From the NCBI GenBank assembly GCA_043427975.1, contig JBHWTK010000062.1:10281-74280 (forward strand): a stretch of DNA of 64,000 nt. Direction: 5' to 3'. The notes beneath the pieces were generated by a model. That model saw only the letters and a program-made list of their open reading frames with translations, did not search any database and was not told where the DNA came from. The DNA comes from Chloroflexia bacterium (lineage in GTDB: Bacteria; Chloroflexota; Chloroflexia; Thermomicrobiales; UBA6265). This document shows, piece after piece, positions 27,286-36,746 of the stretch; the stretch's first letter is position 1, and each line of letters opens with the position of its first letter. Made by a program: the position numbers and the translations under genes.

Positions 27286-27714
27286 GTAGGGGCGGGTCTC
27301 GCCGGAGCGAGTACCCGCCCATCCTGAACGGGAAACCTGGATCTCACATACCAAGGGCGGACACATGGGTCCGCCACTACGCGTCTGGGCATCTGTAGCG
27401 GCGGACCTACGTGTACGCCCCGACCGGAATAATGGTATGAGGCCTGCCTCGCTACACGGAGGGCGGATACCGACTGCGGTCGGATCCGCCCCTACGGTTG
27501 TTGTGGTGAAAAGGTAGACCCGCACCTCGACCGCAGTCGAGTAGTGCGGGTTATGAAGGACCCAACGGCAAGGTGGGGATTCATTCCAGGTGTACGTCAC
27601 AGGAATGCGTAGCGGCGGACCTGCGTGTCCGCCCATTGTCAGCGTGATGGCGAGGTAGCCCACACCATTTACCGGGCGGATACTCCCGGCTGCGGCCGGT
27701 GGATCCGCCCCTGC
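27286..27714. repeat. cluster of seven GTAG/CTAC-capped GC-rich palindromic (REP-like) units
   Basis: Units start at 27286, 27355, 27395, 27461, 27514, 27609 and 27674 in mixed orientation. No credible ORF in the region. Confidence 0.8.
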
Positions 27715-27727
27715 GCATCAGGTATCC

Positions 27728-28723
27728 CTACACCGGAATGCCAGTGCCCGGTTCACCATCCACCAGGTAGGTGAACAGGTCGTCCACCACCCGGTTGGCA
27801 GCAAGGTAGCCAATGGCTACCATCCAGAAATCGTCATCCACCCAGTACACGCGGTCATCCTGCACCGCCTGGAGCGACTGCCACAGCGTGGAGCTCGCGA
27901 ACTCGGCTGCCTGCGTGTCCTTCGGGTCGCCATAGGCGCAGGTGAAGATATGGGTTCCATCGGCGAGGTGGATCTGCTCCAGCGAGATCTGGGTGAAGAT
28001 ACTGCCGGTCTCCGGATCGGGACCCTGCTGGGACTCCGGCAGGGTGAGGTCAGCCGCCGTCAGGATGGTGCCGATAAACGATGTGGTGTTGTAGAGGCGC
28101 ACGTGATCGGCGAGGAAGCGTACAATCGAAATCACCCATTCGCCGCGTTCGCCATCGGTAGCGGCACGGAACTCCTCAAGGCGCGCATCGAACGCCCCCG
28201 AAATCTCCTTCGCCTCGTCCTGTTTGTTGAGGGCGTTGGTGAAGAGTTCGAAGTTGCCCCGCCAGTCGTCGCTGACGGCCTCACTGAACACCGTGGGGGC
28301 GATCTCGACCAGGAGGTGATGGATCTCCTCGTTGCGCAGGTTGGAACCAAGGATCAGGTCAGGCTCCAGCGCGATGATTTTCTCGAGGTTCGGCTCGGAG
28401 ATGGTGCCAACGTTTTCGATGCCCTCGGTCATATCGCCGAGGTAGGCGGGGAAGGCCGCGCCCTCAAATCCCGTCACCGCGCCCACCGGCTTCACGCCTA
28501 CGGCAAGGCAGGCATCCAGTTGTGGGCCATCCAGCACAACCACGCGCTGGGGATTTGCCGGCACCTCCACCTCGCCGATCACATCGGTAATGGTGCGGGT
28601 ACCACCGGAAGGCGTAGCTGCCGGTGTGGACTGGGCCAACGCGGAAACGGATCGCGCGGCGGGTACGGCCATAAGGGTCGATGCCGCCAGGGTTCGCCGG
28701 GAAATTCGTGACTGTGAGCGCAT
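27728..28723 (-). CDS. Fe(3+)-siderophore/cobalamin-type ABC substrate-binding protein (orphan)
   Basis: Tat-like signal MRSQSRISRRTLAASTLMAVPAARS. Typical PBP type-2 sequence ...PQRVVVLDGPQLDACLAVGVKPVGA...EPNLEKIIALEPDLILGS. ATG 28723 after GGAG. Confidence 0.85.
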   Translation of the reverse strand: MRSQSRISRRTLAASTLMAVPAARSVSALAQSTPAATPSGGTRTITDVIGEVEVPANPQRVVVLDGPQLDACLAVGVKPVGAVTGFEGAAFPAYLGDMTEGIENVGTISEPNLEKIIALEPDLILGSNLRNEEIHHLLVEIAPTVFSEAVSDDWRGNFELFTNALNKQDEAKEISGAFDARLEEFRAATDGERGEWVISIVRFLADHVRLYNTTSFIGTILTAADLTLPESQQGPDPETGSIFTQISLEQIHLADGTHIFTCAYGDPKDTQAAEFASSTLWQSLQAVQDDRVYWVDDDFWMVAIGYLAANRVVDDLFTYLVDGEPGTGIPV

Positions 28724-28822
28724 CGTCGATTTCTCCATCCGGTGACATATATCCGATCCATTGACTCGGACATGCGCGAATATACCATCTGGAGGGGCGA
28801 ACGTGAACGGTACGCCGCGAGG

Positions 28823-28866
28823 GTAGACCCGTCCTGACCGACCGAAGGTCGGGCATCGGGCGGGTC
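28823..28866. repeat. single REP-like unit
   Basis: GTAGACCCGTCCtgaccgaccgaaggtcgggcatcGGGCGGGTC. Confidence 0.6.
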
Positions 28867-28974
28867 CTGTGGCGGAAGATACCGGCGGAGAATTCCGCCT
28901 CCTGACCCGCACCATTACCCTGCTGGGTAAGGTGAAGGTCTACCGATAAGTCCGGAATCGGTACATCGGCACCG

Positions 28975-29009
28975 AAAAGGGGCGGATTGGAACAAACCAA
29001 CCCGCCCCG
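28975..29009 (-). terminator. rho-independent terminator of the Gfo/Idh/MocA gene pair
   Basis: On the minus strand: GGGGCGGGUUGG-loop-CCAAUCCGCCCC (one G-U pair) followed by UUUUCGG. Confidence 0.75.
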
Positions 29010-29031
29010 ACATATCCCAATAAGTGAAGAA

Positions 29032-30033
29032 CTACGCCTGCGTCACAGGCTCCAGCTGGTGCGATTCTGCGCTCTTCATCGCCGCAAGGGCGACTTCCAG
29101 CGCGCGCAGGCCATCGACGCCCGTTACCGGCACATCGGTGCCGTTACGCACGGCTTCGATAAACGCGCTCACCATCTCCGGATCGCCTGTCACCTCGTTC
29201 GATCGCCAGGTGAAGCTCGGCCCGTCGATTTCGGCCATCTCGTAGTTATCGTTGTAGGCATCTGCGAACAGCACGCCGTTTTCGCCGATCACATCCAGCG
29301 TTACGCCGCCCCAGATCGGCCAGTTGGCCGGCCGGCTCCAGCTGGTATCCAGGCTCACCGGTACGCCGTTGCTCAGGCGGAACATCAGCACGCCGGTATC
29401 GTCGCCCTTGTAGCCGTACATGCGGTTATCGCTCTCGGCATAGACCTCGGTAACCTCGGCCCCGTAGATGAACCGGAGCACGTCCACCACATGCACGGTG
29501 TGGTCGATGATGGCACCGCCACCCGAAAGGGCGGGATCCACAAACCAGCCGTGCGGGCAGATACCCGGGTTCCGGGCCGCGATGGTGAGGGTTTCGCCAA
29601 ACATCTCGCTATGTACGGCGTTCTTCAGCGCCACAATGCTGCTGTTGAAGCGCACCGGGAAGGCGGTCATCAACTGCACCCCGGCCTCCTCGCAGGCCGC
29701 GATCATCGCCAGCGCATCGTCCACGGTGGTGGCAAGCGGTTTCTCGCACAACACATGCTTGCCGGCTTTTGCGGCGGCGAGGGTCATCGGCTTGTGGTTG
29801 ACGTTCTCGCTGCAGATCACCACGCAGTCGACATCCATCGCGAGTGCTTCGTCGATGCTGGCCACCCATTGGGTGTTGAACATCCCGGCGGCCTTCTGGC
29901 CGCGTTCGGCATCTTCATCGGCAATCACAGTGATTTCGACATCCGGCAGGGCCGTGAGGACACCTGCGTATCCATAGGCGTGTTGGTGGGCAAAGCTGAG
30001 CATGGCCACCTTCACGGTTTTTGTTGCTGTCAT
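29032..30033 (-). CDS. Gfo/Idh/MocA family oxidoreductase
   Basis: N-terminal Rossmann fold VKVAMLSFAHQHAYGYA, conserved EKPLA, 333 aa. Confidence 0.9.
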   Translation of the reverse strand: MTATKTVKVAMLSFAHQHAYGYAGVLTALPDVEITVIADEDAERGQKAAGMFNTQWVASIDEALAMDVDCVVICSENVNHKPMTLAAAKAGKHVLCEKPLATTVDDALAMIAACEEAGVQLMTAFPVRFNSSIVALKNAVHSEMFGETLTIAARNPGICPHGWFVDPALSGGGAIIDHTVHVVDVLRFIYGAEVTEVYAESDNRMYGYKGDDTGVLMFRLSNGVPVSLDTSWSRPANWPIWGGVTLDVIGENGVLFADAYNDNYEMAEIDGPSFTWRSNEVTGDPEMVSAFIEAVRNGTDVPVTGVDGLRALEVALAAMKSAESHQLEPVTQA

Positions 30034-30054
30034 CTGGACATCCTTTCCGGTGGT

Positions 30055-31143
30055 TTAGGCCTGCTTGACCGAGCCATCTTCATTGAAATACACCGGCTTG
30101 CCCTCGCGCATCGAATCGAGCACGGCGTTGGCGACAATCAGGGTTCGGGTTGCTTCGTCGCCGTCTACCGGCACGGGCTTGCCGGTGCGCAGGCAGTCGA
30201 TAAACACCAGCAGTTCGCGCAGGTGGGGTGGCTCGTTGGTGGGGCGCATGCGGGTGAATTGCTTGCTCTGCTGGCCAATGCCCTCGTAATCGATACCGGT
30301 GCTCGGCTCGAAGGTGAGCGTGGCGCTATCGAAGCTGCTGTGGCGGATCAGCCCCTTGCTGCCCGCAACTTCCAGCGAGGTGCGGAAGGCGCTGTGCGCC
30401 CAGCTGGCCTCGCAGTGCGCGATAACGCCGCTGCGGAATTTGATGGTGGCAATGGCATGGTCACGCTTGGTGTGCCACTCGGTGAAGCTGAGGCCATGGG
30501 CGAAGAGGCGCTCGACATCGCCGAAGAACCAGCGGAAGGTGTCGATCTCATGGATCATCAGGTCCAGCACCACGCCGCCGCTCTTCTCCACATCGGCGAA
30601 CCACGGCGAGCGCTCCATCACCGGCGGGTTGAGGCGGCTGCCACGCACCATGGCGATATCGCCCAGCGTCCCGGCTTCCAGCTGCTCCTTCACCCGCATG
30701 TACTCGCTGAAGAACCGCACCACGTGGCCGACCATCATGGTCACGCCGGCATCCTGGCAGGCCTTGGTCATGGCCATGGCGTCTTCATTGGTGCGGGCAA
30801 TGGGCTTCTCGCAGAACACGTGCAGCCCGTGCTTCGCGGCGGCTTCCACACCCATGCGATGCAGGCCGGTGGGCAGTGCAATGAGGGCAACATCCACATC
30901 GTCGCTGGAGAATGCCTCTTCCATATCGGCGGTCACCCGGCCACCGATATCGGCCGCAAGCTTGTTGGCGCGGTCGGTATCGAGATCCACCAGCCAGGTC
31001 ACCTCGGCGTGTGGTGAGCCGGCGAGGTTGCGGGCGTGGTTCCCGCCCATGCCGCCAGTGCCGACAATTGCGAAACGAACCGGCCGGCTGGCCAGTTCTT
31101 CTGCGGTTGCCGGGCGTTTCCCGGCCGATGGTTGTGTGCTCAT
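30055..31143 (-). CDS. Gfo/Idh/MocA family oxidoreductase
   Basis: VRFAIVGTGGMGGNHARNL, CEKPIA. Start at ATG 31143 (MSTQP) after GGAAGAGG. Confidence 0.9.
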   Translation of the reverse strand: MSTQPSAGKRPATAEELASRPVRFAIVGTGGMGGNHARNLAGSPHAEVTWLVDLDTDRANKLAADIGGRVTADMEEAFSSDDVDVALIALPTGLHRMGVEAAAKHGLHVFCEKPIARTNEDAMAMTKACQDAGVTMMVGHVVRFFSEYMRVKEQLEAGTLGDIAMVRGSRLNPPVMERSPWFADVEKSGGVVLDLMIHEIDTFRWFFGDVERLFAHGLSFTEWHTKRDHAIATIKFRSGVIAHCEASWAHSAFRTSLEVAGSKGLIRHSSFDSATLTFEPSTGIDYEGIGQQSKQFTRMRPTNEPPHLRELLVFIDCLRTGKPVPVDGDEATRTLIVANAVLDSMREGKPVYFNEDGSVKQA

Positions 31144-31312
31144 GAACATCCTCTTCCTGCCCGTGTGGGCCGGTGCACGATGCAGCAACGACCAGCCTCT
31201 GGTCGCCCCAAGTCAACAGTCAGCGTATGGCACCTACTAAGTGCGTGCAAGTAGGGGGTTCTGCTATTGTGAAGGGGAGCCGACAACGGAATTGAGACTA
31301 AAGGTGCCGCCG

Positions 31313-31789
31313 ATGAAATCAGCCCTGACCGGAAATGCTCTTATCCTCATTGCCGCTGTGTGGATGGCCGGGTTAAGCCTGGTCGGACCCGGTGCGGATG
31401 CGCACCCGGCGTACAGATCGATTATGGTGTCGACCGCATTGGCGACTACCGCGTTGATGGTGCTGTCACCGCATCTCACTGCCACATGGACCTTGCTGGC
31501 CTTTTCGATCCTGGGTGTCTCACTCCACATCGCGATTCTTGGCACATTTGGGATTGGTCTGGCGGGGTTTGCTCCCCCGATTTTCCTGATCATCGCCATG
31601 TGGATGTGCCGTGAGCGACTCGATGGCCGGGCGGTGATTTGGGCAGTCATCCTCGCCAGTATCGGCCTGTGGGTCCCTCATTACATGGTAGCGGGGTGGT
31701 ACATCATGGCGCTGGTAAACGCCGTTATTTGGGTGGTTAGTCGGGTGAAGGGGCCAGGGGGAAATCGACAATCGAGGCTGACGGGCTAG
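31313..31789 (+). CDS. hypothetical integral membrane protein
   Basis: ATG 31313. About five hydrophobic helices. Confidence 0.6.
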   Translation: MKSALTGNALILIAAVWMAGLSLVGPGADAHPAYRSIMVSTALATTALMVLSPHLTATWTLLAFSILGVSLHIAILGTFGIGLAGFAPPIFLIIAMWMCRERLDGRAVIWAVILASIGLWVPHYMVAGWYIMALVNAVIWVVSRVKGPGGNRQSRLTG

Positions 31790-31798
31790 TCCGGGCAG

Positions 31799-32230
31799 TT
31801 ACCCTTGTCGAGGTTCCACCTCTTGTCCATACCGACGAATGTGCGTGTGGAAGACCGAGCCAACAGCAGCGGCCAATCCCAGAAGCAGGATAACAATTGG
31901 CAGGGTCAACACTAGCCCGGCAACCGACGCTGATGCAGTGCCAATGGCCAGCACGAACGCCAACGCGCCAAGCGCGGCGATGAGAACGGCCACGACCGTG
32001 CCGAACCAGCGCCTGCGCACCAGCGGCGTGATCACGGCCAGCCCGAGCGTGAGGAACGAGCCGAACATGGTCACACGCCACAGCGCCACCGGCCAGCCGG
32101 AGCGGATATCCCACATATTCACTCTAGAGGTGATCGCGACAGCGAGGAGCACGAGCGCAACTGCGGCGATACCGCTCAGCAACACAGCCAGCGCGCGCGG
32201 CCGGGCGTTATCCGCCACACCACTCGCCAA
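31799..32230 (-). CDS. hypothetical integral membrane protein
   Basis: Four hydrophobic helices. TTG/GTG start overlaps the end of the M20 peptidase gene. Start uncertain. Confidence 0.5.
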   Translation of the reverse strand: MASGVADNARPRALAVLLSGIAAVALVLLAVAITSRVNMWDIRSGWPVALWRVTMFGSFLTLGLAVITPLVRRRWFGTVVAVLIAALGALAFVLAIGTASASVAGLVLTLPIVILLLGLAAAVGSVFHTHIRRYGQEVEPRQG

Positions 32231-33362
32231 TCACGCCTTCCAGCACATCGGTAAGCTGTTCCACGGAATGGATATCCACCCATTCTTCCTCCGAGTGGGC
32301 ACCGGCACCATCGGCGCCGAAGAGCAGGCAGGGGATTCCAGCCTGGTCCAGCAGCGAGGCGTCGGTCCAGAAGGGTTCCGCGCGCAGGTTTGGCGCCCTG
32401 CCCAGCACGGCTTCGGCATGCTTGAGCACACAGCGGGCAATGTCGCTATCCTCGCTTGTCTCAAACGGCTGGCGCACCAGCCCGAGTTCGATGCGGTACG
32501 AGAAATCCGGCACCGTATCGACAAGGCGATCGAGGATTTTCGTCAGCTCGCCCATCACCATATCGGGCGTTTCGCCGGGAATTGTGCGTCGCTCGACGGT
32601 GATGCGGCACTCGGCGGGGTAGCTGCTGGCTTCCTCTCCGCCGGTGATGAGGGAGGCGTGGATCGATCCCGGCCCCAGGCGCGGATGGCCCTCACGCACG
32701 TTCATCTCCGTCGCGAGCTCGTCCAGCGCCACGAGGAAGTGTCCCGCCCTGGCGATGGCATCGATGCCGAATTCCGGTCGCGAGCCGTGGTAGGCACGGC
32801 CATGGATGATGATGTCCATCCAGATGAAACCCTTGTGCCACAGGGTGGGTTCCATGCTCATCGGCTCGGTAACAATTCCCGCATCCGCCGTGAATTGCTC
32901 CAGCACCTCGGAGGTGCCCATGCTGGCGTGTTCCTCATCCGCGACGCAGCAGACGATCACATCCCCGGCAAGTTCGCGGTCCGCTGCATGGGCGGCGGCG
33001 ACCATCATCGCCGCCATGCCGCTTTTCATATCAAACGCACCGCGCCCGTAGAGGCGTCCATCCTCGATGCGCGGGTTCAACGGATCACCATCGTACCCGG
33101 CAAGGGTGACGGTATCGTAATGGCCGTTCAGCATCAGCGATCTTCCGCCCCCGTTGCCCTTCAGCACGCCGACCACCGAGGGGCGGCCCGGCCTGGACTC
33201 CAGCCGGTGCACCTCGAACCCGTGGTGCGCGAACCAGCCCATGCAGTAATCGGCAATCGCAGCCTCACCGGCCGCGCCGGGGATAAGCGACGGGTTCACG
33301 GAGTTGATCTGGACCAGTTCAGCGGTCAGTTCTAGCGGATCGAGAGGAAAGAGGGGCATCAT
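32208..33362 (-). CDS. M20 family metallopeptidase (ArgE/DapE-like)
   Basis: LVQINSVNPSL...SLMLNGHYDTV...ADEEHAS metal-binding motifs, 384 aa. Confidence 0.9.
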   Translation of the reverse strand: MMPLFPLDPLELTAELVQINSVNPSLIPGAAGEAAIADYCMGWFAHHGFEVHRLESRPGRPSVVGVLKGNGGGRSLMLNGHYDTVTLAGYDGDPLNPRIEDGRLYGRGAFDMKSGMAAMMVAAAHAADRELAGDVIVCCVADEEHASMGTSEVLEQFTADAGIVTEPMSMEPTLWHKGFIWMDIIIHGRAYHGSRPEFGIDAIARAGHFLVALDELATEMNVREGHPRLGPGSIHASLITGGEEASSYPAECRITVERRTIPGETPDMVMGELTKILDRLVDTVPDFSYRIELGLVRQPFETSEDSDIARCVLKHAEAVLGRAPNLRAEPFWTDASLLDQAGIPCLLFGADGAGAHSEEEWVDIHSVEQLTDVLEGVIGEWCGG

Positions 33363-33373
33363 TACGACTCTCC

Positions 33374-33485
33374 GTAGCGTCGCCCCTTGTGGGCGACTTC
33401 CCTAACGTGCCTTACGTTCCGTAGTGGCGGACCTGCGTGTCCGCCTCGCCGGTAGAACATGGCCGACACGCAGGTCGGCCGCTAC
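33374..33485. repeat. REP-like units in inverted orientation (GTAG...CTAC)
   Basis: GTAGCGTCGCCCcttgtGGGCGAC, then GTAGTGGCGGACCTGCGTGTCCGCC, then the inverted copy GGCCGACACGCAGGTCGGCCGCTAC. The terminal CTA is the TAG stop (reverse strand) of the aminotransferase gene. Confidence 0.75.
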
Positions 33486-34672
33486 GCGGTGTTGGCGACG
33501 ACATCAACCAACCGGTCGATCTCCTCGTCTGTGGTGATGTAATGCACCGAGGCGCGGATGTAGGTGCCGAGGTCTTCCACCGCCGGGTCGAGGTACGTGC
33601 TGTAGATATTGGAGAGCGAGGTGTTGATATTCTCCGCCGAAAGCGCCGCCCGCAGGTCTTCCGATGCAATTCCCTCTCGCGAGAACGTCACGATCCCGCC
33701 CCGTATCTGTCCGGCATCGTGGATGCGCACGCCATCGATACCGAGCAACCGGGTTCGAAGCAGGTCCGCCTGCTGTTGCACACGCTCCCAGATAGCTGCC
33801 AGCCCGACCTCCAGGGCGTAATCGACCGCCGCACCCAGCCCCAGCCGACCAGCGACGTAACTCTCCCAGTTCTCGAACCGGCGCGCGTCCGGGCGGATCT
33901 CATATTCCGTCGCCGAGGTGAGATGGGCGGCGTGGAGATCGAGCAGGGGAGGATCGGTAGAGGGTATGCGCGATTCCCGTACGTACACAAAACCGGCGCC
34001 TCGTGGCCCGCGCAGGTACTTCCGGCTGGTAGCGGATAGCACATCGCAGCTAATTGCCTCAACATCCAGTGGCATTTGTCCGGCGGTTTGGCAGGCGTCC
34101 AGCACGTACCAGGCGTCGGGCGCATGCTGCCGAATCAGCTTGCCGATTGCTTCCGCCGGTTGCACCAAGCCGCCATTGGTTGGCATATGGGTAATGAACA
34201 CGGCAGCAGTGGGACGTTGCAGCGCCCCTTCCAGCGCGTCAAGGTCGATTTGGCCGCTGGCATCGTTTGGCACCACCTCGATGGTGAGGCCGAATCGCTT
34301 CTGGATATGCAGGATCGCCACCAAATTGCTGGCGTACTCCCAGGTGGTGGTCAGCACACGGTCTCCCTGACGGAACGGGATGGCGTACACCGCCATATCC
34401 CAACCGCGGGTGGCGTTCTCCACATGCGCGATCTCGTTTGGCGAGGCGTTCAGCATTGTCGCGATCGACCCGTACACGGCCTCAATGCGGTCATTCGCTT
34501 CGGCTGCGGCTTCGTACCCGCCGATGGTTGCTTCCAGCGTGAGGTGGTCGATCACCGCCTGCTGCACCGGCAAGGGCGGCAACGACGATCCCGCATGGTT
34601 GAAGTGTGTCACCCAGGTAACACCGGGGGTATCGGCGCGAAGGGCATCAAGGCGGTCCACAATGGCGGGCAT
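33482..34672 (-). CDS. class V aminotransferase / cysteine desulfurase-like PLP enzyme
   Basis: FNHAGSSLPP..., ...VLSATSRKYLRGPRGAGFVYV (PLP-lysine region), 396 aa. Confidence 0.9.
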   Translation of the reverse strand: MPAIVDRLDALRADTPGVTWVTHFNHAGSSLPPLPVQQAVIDHLTLEATIGGYEAAAEANDRIEAVYGSIATMLNASPNEIAHVENATRGWDMAVYAIPFRQGDRVLTTTWEYASNLVAILHIQKRFGLTIEVVPNDASGQIDLDALEGALQRPTAAVFITHMPTNGGLVQPAEAIGKLIRQHAPDAWYVLDACQTAGQMPLDVEAISCDVLSATSRKYLRGPRGAGFVYVRESRIPSTDPPLLDLHAAHLTSATEYEIRPDARRFENWESYVAGRLGLGAAVDYALEVGLAAIWERVQQQADLLRTRLLGIDGVRIHDAGQIRGGIVTFSREGIASEDLRAALSAENINTSLSNIYSTYLDPAVEDLGTYIRASVHYITTDEEIDRLVDVVANTA

Positions 34673-34894
34673 GGCGGTTCCTGGCTGAAGCGGAGGGTCG
34701 TTATGGGCACCATAGCCGCGCTGCGGAAAAAGGGCAATGTCTCCCTGGCGAGTGTGGAGCGGCCTGCGTCAGGGCGTACTGTTGAATCGCTCTATCGATC
34801 ACCAGCAGGAAACGCCGGCCGTTGTGGCCAGCGTTCCTTCTATAAATGCATCGAATTTGGTGGTGAACCTGTCGCAAGCACCGAGGTACCGGAT

Positions 34895-35170
34895 CTAGTC
34901 ATCTGCCCCTCTGGCCGCCGAGACAATAACGAACGCGAGAAGAGCCGCTACGCCAACGCCGATGAAAAAGCGTGCTGAATCGTCCAGGTTGAAATCGGTG
35001 TCCAGGATGCTGATAACGGATCGCGTGAGCGAATAGAGGACGTCAAATACGATGAACCACGCGATAAGGTAAATACCGCTACGAATGCTATGCAACTTGC
35101 GATCATTTGCAGGCTGCGCTGGCCGGCTCCATTGCTCTGTGGAAACACCTGGAATATCCTGCTGACTCAC
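34895..35170 (-). CDS. small membrane protein (91 aa)
   Basis: GTG start after GGAGGGAG. Two hydrophobic helices (IYLIAWFIVFDVLY, FFIGVGVAALLAFVIV). Confidence 0.5.
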   Translation of the reverse strand: MSQQDIPGVSTEQWSRPAQPANDRKLHSIRSGIYLIAWFIVFDVLYSLTRSVISILDTDFNLDDSARFFIGVGVAALLAFVIVSAARGADD

Positions 35171-35335
35171 ACTGAATCTCCCTCCGGGGCACCCGGATTA
35201 CCGGCCACATGGACCTGCAACAAAATAATGTGTTCCCCCAGATTGGTGGAGTATACCACCGGGTTGCTAACCAGAAAGCTGCGCGATACGCTGCGCAGGC
35301 AGTCTCATGCCGAATTCGCAAAGGATTACCCCATA

Positions 35336-36490
35336 ATGCCGCTTTCCGCTGCCGAACTCAAACAGCACTTCAACCTCGACCCCGATGTGGTCTTCCTCAA
35401 TCACGGATCGTTCGGCGCCTGCCCGAAGCCGGTTTTCGCCGAATGGCAGCGCTGGCAGGCGGAAATGGAACGCCAGCCGGTGGAGTTCATTGGCCGCCGG
35501 CAGGAGGGGCTGCTGGACCATGCCCGTGCGGAACTGGCGACGTATGTCGGCTGTGGTGCCGACGACCTCACCTTTGTCACCAATACCACGGCGGCCATCA
35601 ACATCATCGCCCGCTCGCTGGATTTACGGCCGGGCGACGAGATCCTCGGCACCAACCTCGAATATGGCGCGCTGGACTACACGTGGGACTACCTCTGCGG
35701 TAAGGCCGGGGCGCGTTATGTCCGCCAGGAAATCAGCCTCCCCGTGACCTCGCGCGAGAACGTGGTCGAACAGTTCTGGCAGGGCGTCAACGAGAATACG
35801 AAGGCCATCTTCATCAGCCACATCACCAGTGCCACCGCGCTCACCTTGCCGGCAGAGGAAATCTGCGCCCGCGCGAAAGCGGCCGGCATCCTCAGCATTG
35901 TCGATGGCGCCCACGTGCCCGGGCAGTTGCCGCTCAATCTCGCCACGCTGGGAGCGGATATCTACGCCGGCAACTGCCACAAGTGGCTCTGTTCACCCAA
36001 GGGATCGGCCTTCCTGTATGTCCATCCGGACCAGCAACACTGGGTGGAGAGCGGCATCATCAGCTGGGGGTGGCACCCAGGTAACACCTTCGTGACGCGC
36101 AACCAGCAGCAGGGTACACGCGATGTCAGCCCGTTCCTCACTGTTCCGGCTGCCATCGACTGGCAGCGCGAGTTCGAATGGGACGCCGTGCGTGAACGCT
36201 GCCACACGGAACTCCGGGCATTCGTCGATCGCATGCATGCCATGCTCGGTACGAAATCGATCTACCCGGACGACTCCTGGTATGCCCAGCTGGCCGTGAT
36301 CACCTTGCCAGCTGGCGACCATACCGGCCTCAAGGAACGCCTCGAGGATCGCGGCATCGAGATCCCTGTCACCGCCCATGGCGACCGCACCTTTGTGCGC
36401 GTCTCCATGCAGGGGTATGTGACACAGGACGATTTGGCCGCGTTGGAACAGGCGTTAATCGAGGAGTTTGGCACGTCAGGGAGTGCGTAG
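35336..36490 (+). CDS. class V aminotransferase (isopenicillin-N epimerase-like)
   Basis: VFLNHGSFGACP..., GNCHKWLCSPKGSAFLYV (PLP-lysine). ATG 35336 (MPLSAAELK). Confidence 0.9.
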   Translation: MPLSAAELKQHFNLDPDVVFLNHGSFGACPKPVFAEWQRWQAEMERQPVEFIGRRQEGLLDHARAELATYVGCGADDLTFVTNTTAAINIIARSLDLRPGDEILGTNLEYGALDYTWDYLCGKAGARYVRQEISLPVTSRENVVEQFWQGVNENTKAIFISHITSATALTLPAEEICARAKAAGILSIVDGAHVPGQLPLNLATLGADIYAGNCHKWLCSPKGSAFLYVHPDQQHWVESGIISWGWHPGNTFVTRNQQQGTRDVSPFLTVPAAIDWQREFEWDAVRERCHTELRAFVDRMHAMLGTKSIYPDDSWYAQLAVITLPAGDHTGLKERLEDRGIEIPVTAHGDRTFVRVSMQGYVTQDDLAALEQALIEEFGTSGSA

Positions 36491-36746
36491 GGAGTCTTGT
36501 CGTTCATCGGGTCCGCAAGGGCGTCGGTCTCCCGCCAGCCGTCGACACATTTCCCTACGCACGCTGATACGGTGTGCCTTCACCTACCGACCGGCAGATT
36601 TCGTGTATCCTGTACTCGTTCAACACAAGCGGTTTCTGGCTGGGCAGGCGACGTTTTTGTCGACCGTCCCAACGGAACCAATCATCGTTTTCAGGGTCTG
36701 TGGCGCCGATTTCCGGTGCCGGTCGTTCTCACGGAGAGGTGATCCC

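Noticed and set aside
28987-31017. 676-aa + strand ORF
   Set aside because: Antisense of the two Gfo/Idh/MocA genes. His/Gly/Ala-rich shadow.
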